From the NCBI GenBank assembly GCA_030614005.1, contig JAUWKS010000021.1:1-32000 (forward strand): DNA of 32,000 nt, in the 5' to 3' direction. This stretch comes from Candidatus Heimdallarchaeota archaeon (lineage in GTDB: Archaea; Asgardarchaeota; Heimdallarchaeia; JABLTI01). The translations under genes were made by a program, and so were the position numbers. The notes below the pieces were generated by a model. It was given only the letters and a program-made list of their open reading frames with translations, was not told the origin of the DNA and searched no databases. Of this stretch, positions 16,644 to 24,923 are shown piece by piece (position 1 is the first letter of the stretch; every line of letters starts with the position of its first letter).

Positions 16644-17627
16644 TCAAACACTTTGAACAATTTTTGGAGCACTGGCTACTTTAAAATTGTAAAAAGCCCA
16701 TTTTTTCGATGCAAGTACAGAGGTTACTTTGTTTGCATATTCTTTTAGTGTAGCAATTGTTATCAAATTCCCACCACCAATAAGGAAATATGCAGGTATG
16801 CCATCTTTCCTCATTTGATGGACATCATCACACAATTCTAACATCTTTGGTTTTCTTACAAACAATCCAACTTCTTCCAATAATTCATGTGCATTTCTAA
16901 TATTTCCTTCAGCAGCTTCAAGAACTTCAAGAAAATCTCTGTTATTCAAAGCAGTCTTTATCCGATTTACCCAAATCGGTATATCCTGAACACGTTTCTC
17001 AAAATTCCGATTTGTTATTATCCCTGCATGTATCTCATCAGCGGTTATTCGTGTATCAAAATGGAATGGAACAGAAAAAAGATTAATTTCTTCCAAATCG
17101 GAATGGGAAGCTAATTGCAAGACAGTTGGTGGAGAAGTATTAGCAAGTGTTAGAGTTAAACCACCGAATAAACTTCGACCGGCACTTTCTGACCCTCGCA
17201 TAGAATATTCTAATAATTGCTCTTGACTGTAATTTAAATCCAAAATATCATTAAGAGCAGTAAAAAGAGCAGCCAAACCCGAATCAGAGCTTCCACTAAA
17301 AATGTTATAATTTGTTGAATTAACTAAAAGATTTGCAGTGATATTACTATTCAACATAAAGGATTTAATTGCTAGCACGATTTGTTCTCCACGCAAGCCT
17401 GTTAGTTCTTTTCCCCCAAGCATAAATTTCACATATGGTGTTTCACGTGTTGGAGGAAGTTGATTGTCAGGAATAATTTCAACAGAGGTTTCCGTACGAG
17501 TAATTTCATCATGACTTGTCACTGCAAGGCCCATTGTATCGTAGATCGGTGTTCTATCAGAATTGATTCCACCGAGGAAAATAATTGGTATCGTAGGATA
17601 AGCTACAGCAACAGATTTTTTCTTCAT
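16644..17627 (-). CDS. Mevalonate-3-kinase-like GHMP protein (decarboxylase fold lacking the decarboxylation residues)
   Basis: 'AYPTIPIIFLGGI...RTP', 'NYNIFSGSSDSG', 'SESAGRSLFGGLT' and 'YFLIGGGN' match Thermoplasma mevalonate-3-kinase motifs as I recall them. ORF opens at 17663; I prefer ATG 17627. Confidence 0.8.
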   Translation of the reverse strand: MKKKSVAVAYPTIPIIFLGGINSDRTPIYDTMGLAVTSHDEITRTETSVEIIPDNQLPPTRETPYVKFMLGGKELTGLRGEQIVLAIKSFMLNSNITANLLVNSTNYNIFSGSSDSGLAALFTALNDILDLNYSQEQLLEYSMRGSESAGRSLFGGLTLTLANTSPPTVLQLASHSDLEEINLFSVPFHFDTRITADEIHAGIITNRNFEKRVQDIPIWVNRIKTALNNRDFLEVLEAAEGNIRNAHELLEEVGLFVRKPKMLELCDDVHQMRKDGIPAYFLIGGGNLITIATLKEYANKVTSVLASKKWAFYNFKVASAPKIVQSV

Positions 17628-17659
17628 TTTCTTCACCCAACTAAGAAATATAAAAAAAT

Positions 17660-18547
17660 TCAATAACTTTTTCGTTCTAATTTCAACTTTTCAATATACT
17701 CAATTGACTTCTTATATTCCTTAATATCATTAATTTTTCTTATTCTTTCGAAAAGATAATCATATACTAAATCAAGTCCTTGTTGGAAATCATCAATATC
17801 AATGATTTTTAGATTATGTCTTTCAGCGTCCTCACATAGATATTTTTGCATCAAAAGATATTTATCCATTTGCTCAAGCAAACGCTCACTTGAACTTTGC
17901 AAATGGGAAAAAAGAGTTCTGGATTTTAATCGCTCAGAGTATACAGCACGATCTGTAATTCTTAGAATAATCGGAATAAAGCTTGGATGAGCTAATATTT
18001 GTTTGTCAAATTGTGAGGGTAAGAAGTGAAGATATTCAACAAGGATATTTTCTCCATCTCTAATACCCCTATCGGCAATCATTCGTTGGACTGCTTGGTT
18101 CATAGTTTGTGATTGCTTTTTGTAACCCAATAAAAGATTTTGTTCAGTATACTCACCAAAATGCTTCCATGAATTGTAAACACTGGTAAAGAATTCTTTA
18201 TTCTCATTGTATGGTAAAATACTTCGAAAAGAAGAACGAAGAGCATCCCCGCCTATTACTATGCCAATATCTAGCGCAGTTGAAATTTCTTTTGCCATAG
18301 ATGTTTTCCCCACACCAGGTAAACCTGCAACAACTAAGCATAAGGGAAGTTTTTGGATGCCTTTTCGTATTTGAGTCTTATATTCTTTCATCACATGGTA
18401 GCGTTGTAAATATTTTTCCCCGTGATTTTGCAAAGAAGAGAAGAGGTCATCCTCAGTAGAAGAATTGCAAATTATTTCGCTAATCTGTCGTAAAGATAAT
18501 CCTGTAGCTAATAATAATGAATCCTCATTCCGGAAAATCATAAGCAA
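17660..18547 (-). CDS. 2-phosphoglycerate-kinase-family P-loop kinase, mevalonate-3-phosphate-5-kinase-like
   Basis: Motifs 'AGLPGVGKTS', 'GGDALR', 'TSVYNSWKHFG', 'GENILVEYLHFLP' and 'SHLQSSSERL'. Lies directly upstream of the GHMP gene. Confidence 0.75.
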   Translation of the reverse strand: MLMIFRNEDSLLLATGLSLRQISEIICNSSTEDDLFSSLQNHGEKYLQRYHVMKEYKTQIRKGIQKLPLCLVVAGLPGVGKTSMAKEISTALDIGIVIGGDALRSSFRSILPYNENKEFFTSVYNSWKHFGEYTEQNLLLGYKKQSQTMNQAVQRMIADRGIRDGENILVEYLHFLPSQFDKQILAHPSFIPIILRITDRAVYSERLKSRTLFSHLQSSSERLLEQMDKYLLMQKYLCEDAERHNLKIIDIDDFQQGLDLVYDYLFERIRKINDIKEYKKSIEYIEKLKLERKSY

Positions 18548-18772
18548 ACCAACTTTAACTAATCAATTTACGGTATTATTAGTTAAATATATTATACTTG
18601 TTGATGAATATTAGCAAAATATTGCCTAATCTGGAATTGAAACCTAATTAAAAGAGAAAATTCTTTCTTCTAATTTCGTTAGAAGAGCAATATTTTTAAT
18701 TAGATATTCTCGCAAATGACATATAGAATACAAACTTTCTATAGATTGAAGAAAAATTAAGGAAGAATCAAT

Positions 18773-19216
18773 TTGTCAGTAGTAGAAATAACTCAAGCAG
18801 AAATTAAAAAATTCCAATATATGGGACTAACCTTTGAACAAGTCCAAGCTCTATCAATGGATGAATTCATTAAAATGCTTCCATCAAGAAAGAGAAGAAG
18901 CCTTAGTCGTCAGTCATATTGGACACCAAAAAGATTGAAGCTTATAGCTGATATTAGAGCACAAGTGAAAGGTATCAAAGAAGGCAATAAAAGAGTAAAA
19001 ACAGTAAAAACTCATTTGAGAGATATGGTTATTCTACCAGAGATGGTAAAGGCCAAAATAGGCATTCATAATGGGAAGGACTTTATTGAATTCCTTGTCC
19101 GACCAGATATGATCGGTCATATTTTCGGTGAATTTGCTCCATCAACAAAGCTTGTTAGACACGGTTCTCCTGGAATGGGTTCAACCAAATCAAGTCTTTA
19201 TATCCCATTAAAATGA
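18773..19216 (+). CDS. rps19p: 30S ribosomal protein S19 (uS19, archaeal/eukaryotic type)
   Basis: Motifs 'FQYMG', 'PSRKRRSL', 'VKTHLRDMVILPEMV', 'MIGHIFGEFAPS' and 'HGSPGMGSTKSSLYIPLK'. Confidence 0.96.
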   Translation: MSVVEITQAEIKKFQYMGLTFEQVQALSMDEFIKMLPSRKRRSLSRQSYWTPKRLKLIADIRAQVKGIKEGNKRVKTVKTHLRDMVILPEMVKAKIGIHNGKDFIEFLVRPDMIGHIFGEFAPSTKLVRHGSPGMGSTKSSLYIPLK

Positions 19217-19230
19217 TTTTTATTCTTTTT

Positions 19231-19254
19231 TGGGTTATAGAAGTAAATAACCCA
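19231..19254 (+). terminator. Hairpin flanked by T-tracts after rps19
   Basis: TGGGTTAT and ATAACCCA form an 8-bp stem with an 8-nt loop and oligo-T on both sides. Confidence 0.55.
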
Positions 19255-19392
19255 TCATCTTTTCTTTCTTACGCATGCACTTTTGAAATTAATAACCATT
19301 CCATTAACCTTTTAATTTGCAAGTTAAATATCTTTAACAATATTGTTTGAGTGATTTTCTCGAAACTTATGAGATAAACAGGAGCAGCAAAA

Positions 19393-19794
19393 ATGTCAAG
19401 ATTTTCCTTATCAAAAATCAGTGAAAAAAGAGCAAAGAAAGGTTTGAGAAAACAGATCATAAGCATATTTAGTATTATTGCAGACAAAATGGGACCACAA
19501 GTTGATTCAGTGGCTTCTCCATATGAAAGTGCTCCTATATTTAATGATAGAGAAATTTCAATCTTATTCACTGCAGTAACAATGCTAGATATTCACGAGA
19601 TGTCAATGGGAGAACTGAAATTACTGTTTGAGATAGAAGACTATACAATGTCAGATGGACGCCCTTCAAAAAAGGTTTTTGTTGTTGTTTGTGGGTGTGA
19701 AGCTGTAAGCAGTCAAGTAAGAACAATGGTCAGAAATTTGATTCATAGTTCAGATGTGGCAGTAAAGAATCTTGAAAATATTATGGAAAGATAA
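19393..19794 (+). CDS. Hypothetical protein, possibly longin/uDENN-like
   Basis: 133-aa ORF with AGGAG upstream. 'ISIFSIIADKMGPQV' is a weak longin-type N-terminal strand/GP motif. Confidence 0.45.
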   Translation: MSRFSLSKISEKRAKKGLRKQIISIFSIIADKMGPQVDSVASPYESAPIFNDREISILFTAVTMLDIHEMSMGELKLLFEIEDYTMSDGRPSKKVFVVVCGCEAVSSQVRTMVRNLIHSSDVAVKNLENIMER

Positions 19795-19849
19795 GAAAAC
19801 GTTACAAAAAATGCTTTATATTGTTTTTTAAACTCAAGAGTATTCGTTT

Positions 19850-20230
19850 TCAACAAAAGAATTTTGGTCTATCAGTAATGATTTCTTGCGAGTCTACTGG
19901 ACATTTGGCTGTTGAGCATATTCCAGAGTTGTTTGTCGCAAAAAACAACTTCCGAAAATTTTTCAAAAGTTGTTGCCCGACCAAAGGGCGTTCTTGTGAT
20001 AGCGAAAGGATTGCTAAGAATCTCTGCATAATATTTACAGATGCATTGATATCTCGGTCAATGGTTAATCCGCAATTCTCACATTTAATAGTTCGTTCAT
20101 ATAATTTCCTTTGTTCTTTCTTCCCACAATAACAGCATCTCTTTGTCGTTCTTCTTTCACTGATGCTTATTACCTTCTTACCTACTCTTTCTGCTTTGTA
20201 GGTTAAGAATCGAGCAAATCGCCAAAGAAT
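19850..20230 (-). pseudogene. tnpB: TnpB (IS200/IS605/IS607 family) C-terminal remnant
   Basis: Not in the ORF track because it lacks a start. Hand translation: ILWRFARFLTYKAERVGKKVISISERRTTKRCCYCGK...IKCENCGLTIDRDINASVNI...FFC*. This is the TnpB zinc finger plus RuvC-III 'DRDINA'. Confidence 0.9.
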
Positions 20231-20231
20231 T

Positions 20232-20580
20232 GGCGGAGAAGGAAAAGGAAATCAGAACGAGAGAAAAGGGGCTGAGGAGAGCCAAAAGGGTTGGGACAGA
20301 GGGCAGACAAAAAACGGCGCTCAGGCTTTTCTAAAAGATGAAAGGGTAAGGCATTGAAATTAAGGGTGGAATGGGAAGACCAACTGGGAGGAACAACAGG
20401 GGGCTTGGAGGAAGAAACACGCTTGACCAAAGAAAACAACAACAACAGTAAAAAATAGCAAAAAAACTATTAAAAGACCAACAAGTCAAAAAGAAAAAAA
20501 GTCCCTAAGAGAGGAGAGAAAAAGAAGGAATTAAAGACGTAAGAACAAAGAGAAAAAGGATAGAAAAACCTAACAAAAGA
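20232..20580. other. Anomalous purine-rich, T-depleted tract
   Basis: My count is 36 T in 349 nt (about 10%), against roughly one third elsewhere. It replaces the expected 5' part of tnpB. Confidence 0.8.
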
Positions 20581-20663
20581 ATTTTAAACAATTTAAGAAG
20601 GATTCTGCTCCAGAAAGAATATTTACTATATAATTTCGTTTAAGATTATTAGAGGTACTAAAA

Positions 20664-21350
20664 TTGGCTATAGAACCAGATCAAATAACTGAAGACTTAC
20701 TAATTGGTTTAGATGAATACTTGGCAGCCGGTGTACACATAGGTACTCGTATAGGCACTAAATCAATGAAAAAATTCATTTATTTAATTAGAAGTGATGG
20801 ACTTTACGTTTTAGATGTGCGAGCAACAGATAATAGAATAAGAACGCTAGCAAAATTCCTAGCACGTTATGAACCCAATCAAGTTGCGATTTTCTCCGCA
20901 AGACAATATGGGCAAGTCCCAGGTAGTAAGCTTGCCAAAACGTGCGGATTTAGAAGTGTTCCCGGTAGATTTATTCCTGGAACTTTAACAAACCCAGAAT
21001 TCGATGGTTTTATCGAACCTGAAGTTGTTCTCGTTACAGACCCTCGTGCAGATAAACAGGCAATTAAGGAAGCAAACAAAGTTGGAATCGTTGTTGCAGC
21101 GATGTGCGACACAGATAATGAAACCAAAGGTGTTGATATTCTTGTCCCATCCAACAACAAAGGTCGAAGATCTTTAGCATTAGTTTATTGGTTATTAGCA
21201 AGAGAAATCTTGAAAGCCCGAGGCGAAATTCCACCTGATGGAACTCTTCCTCTCTCTGTTGAAGACTTTACCTTCAAAGTATTACCAAGCAGCATGCAGA
21301 TTACTTCGAAAGGTGAAGAAGAGGGCGAACAAGTTAAAGAACAAATGTAA
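20664..21350 (+). CDS. rps2p: 30S ribosomal protein S2 (uS2)
   Basis: Motifs 'YLAAGVHIGT', 'RSDGLYVLDV', 'GRFIPGTLTNP', 'TDPRADKQA', 'CDTDN' and 'PSNNKGRRSLALVYWLLAREIL'. Confidence 0.97.
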   Translation: MAIEPDQITEDLLIGLDEYLAAGVHIGTRIGTKSMKKFIYLIRSDGLYVLDVRATDNRIRTLAKFLARYEPNQVAIFSARQYGQVPGSKLAKTCGFRSVPGRFIPGTLTNPEFDGFIEPEVVLVTDPRADKQAIKEANKVGIVVAAMCDTDNETKGVDILVPSNNKGRRSLALVYWLLAREILKARGEIPPDGTLPLSVEDFTFKVLPSSMQITSKGEEEGEQVKEQM

Positions 21351-21360
21351 AGAAGTTGCA

Positions 21361-21426
21361 TTTTGCAACCTTTTTCTTTTATTTTTCAATTTTAGTTTTA
21401 CTTTTTGTTTTCTGCTTGTTTTTTCT
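21361..21426 (+). terminator. T-rich putative terminator after rps2
   Basis: Long series of oligo-T runs after the stop, with A-runs on the other side facing the convergent gene. Confidence 0.5.
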
Positions 21427-21476
21427 TGTCAATAATAGAACACTGAAAAAAAAAGCTCTTAGCTGTTTTTTAAAAA

Positions 21477-22598
21477 TTAGACAGCTAAACTTAGCCAATC
21501 AGGAGAGATCCAACCCCACCCACTGTAACCAGCTAAAGCAAAGATACCCCACACACCAAAAGCAAGTATTAATCCTAAACCAATAGATAAGGGTAAACCA
21601 GGCATCATTTGAACCTTCTCAAGAAGTTTTATTGTACCAATTGCTCCAACAACTACACCAATAAAAGCTCCAATAGCTGAGAAGAAACCTAGCCTAATAA
21701 GAGCAAAACTAATGAGCATGCCAAAAAACGCAAGATCACCTAATCCCAATTCAATATAATCAGAATACTCATACTCAACCTCTGCTAGTGCAGTATCTAT
21801 ATTTGGTTCTGGAGTGTCAGATATATCTTCAACAGGAACGGTAATTTCGGATTCTTCTGTTTCACTTGTTGGGTTTGGAGTTGATAGATTCTTTTGATAT
21901 TTCTCATTTTCCCGTGCTTCACTTACTTCAGCAATTTTCTTAATTGGTCCTTTAAAAACTGAGATAATATCATATATGCTTAGCCCAATCATGATAAAAA
22001 CAGAAGCCAACATCGGTAGAAAAGTCGCTAGAAATGTTCCAGCTAAAACTGCGAAGAGCATTGCCATTACTTGAGATATTGGTTCTGCTGTCAACGTGTA
22101 AACCATTGAGACTACTGTAAAGATAGCATAAGCTAAACCAACAACAAGTGCAATTGAGATTATAACCCAGTCAGTTGAAACTTGGAAAACTCCTCCCGGT
22201 AAAAAGATATCAAGGAAGAAATAAGGAGTACTATAAACTAAAAGAAAGACAAAGAAAAACGATGTAACTGCAATGGCAACTGCAAAGAAAGCTTTCAATA
22301 GTTTGATCTTTCCATACTTGAAAATTAAGAAAATCACAAAAGCTCCAATAAAAGCTATTCCAACATAAAATAATGCATTTAATGCAGCAGCACCTGGAGT
22401 ATCACCTGGTACTGGTGTTGCCGGAGGAGGTCCACCACCACCACTTGCATCTGAATTAAAATAACCAAGAATGATTATGCTGCACAAGCCACTTAATACA
22501 GATATAATCATAATAGGAATTGATAATGAGATAAATTTCTTTTTAATGGTCACACTAAATGTTCCCAATTGACTGGCATAACCCATTTTTAGTACCAA
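21477..22598 (-). CDS. Presenilin-family (A22) intramembrane aspartyl protease
   Basis: About 9 hydrophobic segments, with 'IYDIISVFKGPIKKIAE' (YD), 'ELGLGDLAFF' (GxGD) and 'MPGLPLSI' (PAL-like). A long acidic loop separates the catalytic helices. Confidence 0.92.
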   Translation of the reverse strand: MVLKMGYASQLGTFSVTIKKKFISLSIPIMIISVLSGLCSIIILGYFNSDASGGGGPPPATPVPGDTPGAAALNALFYVGIAFIGAFVIFLIFKYGKIKLLKAFFAVAIAVTSFFFVFLLVYSTPYFFLDIFLPGGVFQVSTDWVIISIALVVGLAYAIFTVVSMVYTLTAEPISQVMAMLFAVLAGTFLATFLPMLASVFIMIGLSIYDIISVFKGPIKKIAEVSEARENEKYQKNLSTPNPTSETEESEITVPVEDISDTPEPNIDTALAEVEYEYSDYIELGLGDLAFFGMLISFALIRLGFFSAIGAFIGVVVGAIGTIKLLEKVQMMPGLPLSIGLGLILAFGVWGIFALAGYSGWGWISPDWLSLAV

Positions 22599-22744
22599 CT
22601 AATTATTAGACTATTCATCTAAGAAAATAGAGAATATCTATTGAAAGAATACTCGCTATACAAAAAAAGCTTTGCTTATAGAGGAATAAAAAAAGGATGA
22701 GAAAAGAAAGAAAAAAAGCTTTCTTTCTTTCATATTTTTGGAAA

Positions 22745-24769
22745 TTAGTTTCTCTTTTTCTTGCGAATAAAGATAACAATCACTGAGAAAATAGTCAATC
22801 CAGCAAAGAATGCCAGTGGTCCAAGGAATGGTGTTTGAGCAGTAAGTAGTGGACTAGTAGTAAGAATATGTGTTCCATTAAGACCTGTTGTGACAAACAT
22901 ATAACCATTTCTAACAGTAAAACCTGTTTCAGTGCCAGCAAATGTATCAAAAGTTCCAATCAACTTAGGATGAGCAATGTTAAATGCATCAAATAGACTA
23001 AAACCAAAAGTGGCATCTAAAAGGTAGATAAAGTCACCATCAACACAGATATCAAATGGTGATAAATAAGTAAAGTATTGACCTACTTTTGCGGGAGAAG
23101 TAATATCAGTGGTTATATCAATAATATCAAATCCTTCACCAAGTGATACAGCGTAAATATAGTCTTCAGAAACGGCTAGAGAATAGTAAAATGAAGTATC
23201 TCGTGTATAATTAGCTATTGGTTCTGGTTCATATGGATTACTCAAATCTATAATCTGTAAATAACCTCCAGTGGCTAGATATAGAGTATTTCCTATCATC
23301 TCAGCATCGTAGACGTTACCTACTTCTTGATATAACAAAGATAGTTGTGGATAATCAGGATAGTAAACATCGATTATGCTTAGACCTGCACCACCATGTG
23401 AAACGAAAACGTATTCATCGTTTGCATAGATGTCTTCAAAACCTCCGGGCAGTGTGATATTACCCCTTTCAACGGGATTTGTTGGATCAGTTACATCAAC
23501 TATTCGAAGACCAAAACTGGATTCAATGAGATATGCAAAACCATTATTCACATAAACGTGACTAAAAGCACCATTTTCATCAAAGAATTGTCCAACTTCT
23601 ACTGGATTTTCAAAATCAGTTATATCCACTATTTGGAGATTCGAACCATCAGCGACATACGCATAGCTTCCGTCTAGGAAAACGTCATATGCATAACCAT
23701 CGAATTGATCTACCCAAACTAAAGATATATCCATCAAGTCAGATGAATCGAGGATTTCCAATGAAGTGTCATCCCAGAGAAAGATATTTTCTCCTACTAT
23801 TAGGAAATTGACGGATGTGAAAGTGTCCTTATAGGTTGTATAGTAAAGTGGAGCGCTCGTATTTGAAATATCAATTATTTCAATGGTTAACTGATTATTT
23901 ACAAGAAGGTAATTATCTGTAACCCAAAGGTCAGCATCGCCACCAGTATGATTGAGAGCAAAGTCAATTAAATAAGCAGGTGTAGCAGGTAAAGTTACGT
24001 TCCAAACGTAAACATCATTTGAATCAGTCATATACAATGTATCATTTGAATAGAGAAAATTGTCTAGACCAGCGTAATATATATCTGTCAGATAACTCAT
24101 TGTAGTAACATCAGATACATTTAGTATTCGTACACGATTTGAATCTTCAAGATAAACAATATCATCATCAAGTTGGAAGTCTGTTAAACCAGTTTGAGTA
24201 TAACTATCAGTTTGAGTTGGGGTTGTATAATCTGTGATATTGTATATTTCGTAATTAAAAATAGTTGTTAGATGAACATAGTTTCCATCTACTAAGATAT
24301 TATTAATTTGATTAGATGCTGTCCAGTTGCAAATAACATTCATATTACTGAAATCAGATGCATCTAGTATATAGACTTGTGTAAGATTTGCTGCATAAAT
24401 TAAATCACTCTCAACGTAAAGATATCTGCACTGGTAAGTGTCCCATTCAGCAACTACTCGAGGTGCTGCTAAGTCTGAAACATCTACTATGATAAATCCA
24501 TTTACTCCAAGTGTTAAATATGCATTATTCCCTTCTACAACTACATCCATGATTGTTCCGTAGTTGTCATCCCAATAGGCCAGTTCTGTTATGTTTGTTG
24601 AATCTATTGGTGCTTTTTTCTTAGCATTTATTTCAAAATCAGTATCATTGTTTGTTGTTGCACTCAGAAAAGTTATCTGATTATTAATAAAAAATGGCAA
24701 CAGAAAAATAACAATAAAGATTAATGCTATAAATCTATTTTTTCGGCTTCTAAATATTTTTGTATTCAT
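22745..24769 (-). CDS. Secreted, membrane-anchored LVIVD-repeat beta-propeller protein
   Basis: Signal peptide, many 'AYVADG...LQIVDI(T/S)DP.NP' repeats, and a C-terminal TM plus basic tail 'TPFLGPLAFF...IRKKKRN'. Confidence 0.88.
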   Translation of the reverse strand: MNTKIFRSRKNRFIALIFIVIFLLPFFINNQITFLSATTNNDTDFEINAKKKAPIDSTNITELAYWDDNYGTIMDVVVEGNNAYLTLGVNGFIIVDVSDLAAPRVVAEWDTYQCRYLYVESDLIYAANLTQVYILDASDFSNMNVICNWTASNQINNILVDGNYVHLTTIFNYEIYNITDYTTPTQTDSYTQTGLTDFQLDDDIVYLEDSNRVRILNVSDVTTMSYLTDIYYAGLDNFLYSNDTLYMTDSNDVYVWNVTLPATPAYLIDFALNHTGGDADLWVTDNYLLVNNQLTIEIIDISNTSAPLYYTTYKDTFTSVNFLIVGENIFLWDDTSLEILDSSDLMDISLVWVDQFDGYAYDVFLDGSYAYVADGSNLQIVDITDFENPVEVGQFFDENGAFSHVYVNNGFAYLIESSFGLRIVDVTDPTNPVERGNITLPGGFEDIYANDEYVFVSHGGAGLSIIDVYYPDYPQLSLLYQEVGNVYDAEMIGNTLYLATGGYLQIIDLSNPYEPEPIANYTRDTSFYYSLAVSEDYIYAVSLGEGFDIIDITTDITSPAKVGQYFTYLSPFDICVDGDFIYLLDATFGFSLFDAFNIAHPKLIGTFDTFAGTETGFTVRNGYMFVTTGLNGTHILTTSPLLTAQTPFLGPLAFFAGLTIFSVIVIFIRKKKRN

Positions 24770-24923
24770 GGCATATTCCGCCTGTTTAGCTTAACTCTCT
24801 ATTCCATTTCTGGATTAAAAAACGCTATCTTAACGGAAGCTCTTTTACTTAAAAAATATTTTTCTATGAGCTTGTTTTGAGTTGTAAAAAGAAAAAAATA
24901 TTATTAAAAAAGCAACGAAAAAA

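Noticed and set aside
16644-17663. Annotation as diphosphomevalonate or phosphomevalonate decarboxylase
   Set aside because: It lacks the catalytic Lys/Asp motifs ('KYWGK', 'DAGPN') and matches mevalonate-3-kinase motifs instead.
19269-19571. 100-aa minus-strand ORF
   Set aside because: It overlaps the SD-supported + strand gene 19393..19794 and has no recognisable motif.
19821-20132. 103-aa + strand ORF
   Set aside because: It is antisense to the TnpB remnant, whose motifs are unambiguous on the minus strand.
20203-20445. 80-aa minus-strand ORF rich in Pro/Ser/Phe/Leu
   Set aside because: It is a by-product of the pyrimidine-rich tract, is out of frame with TnpB and has no family motif.
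20434-20447. (AAC)n microsatellite
   Set aside because: Only about four units inside the suspect low-complexity tract, so not independently meaningful.
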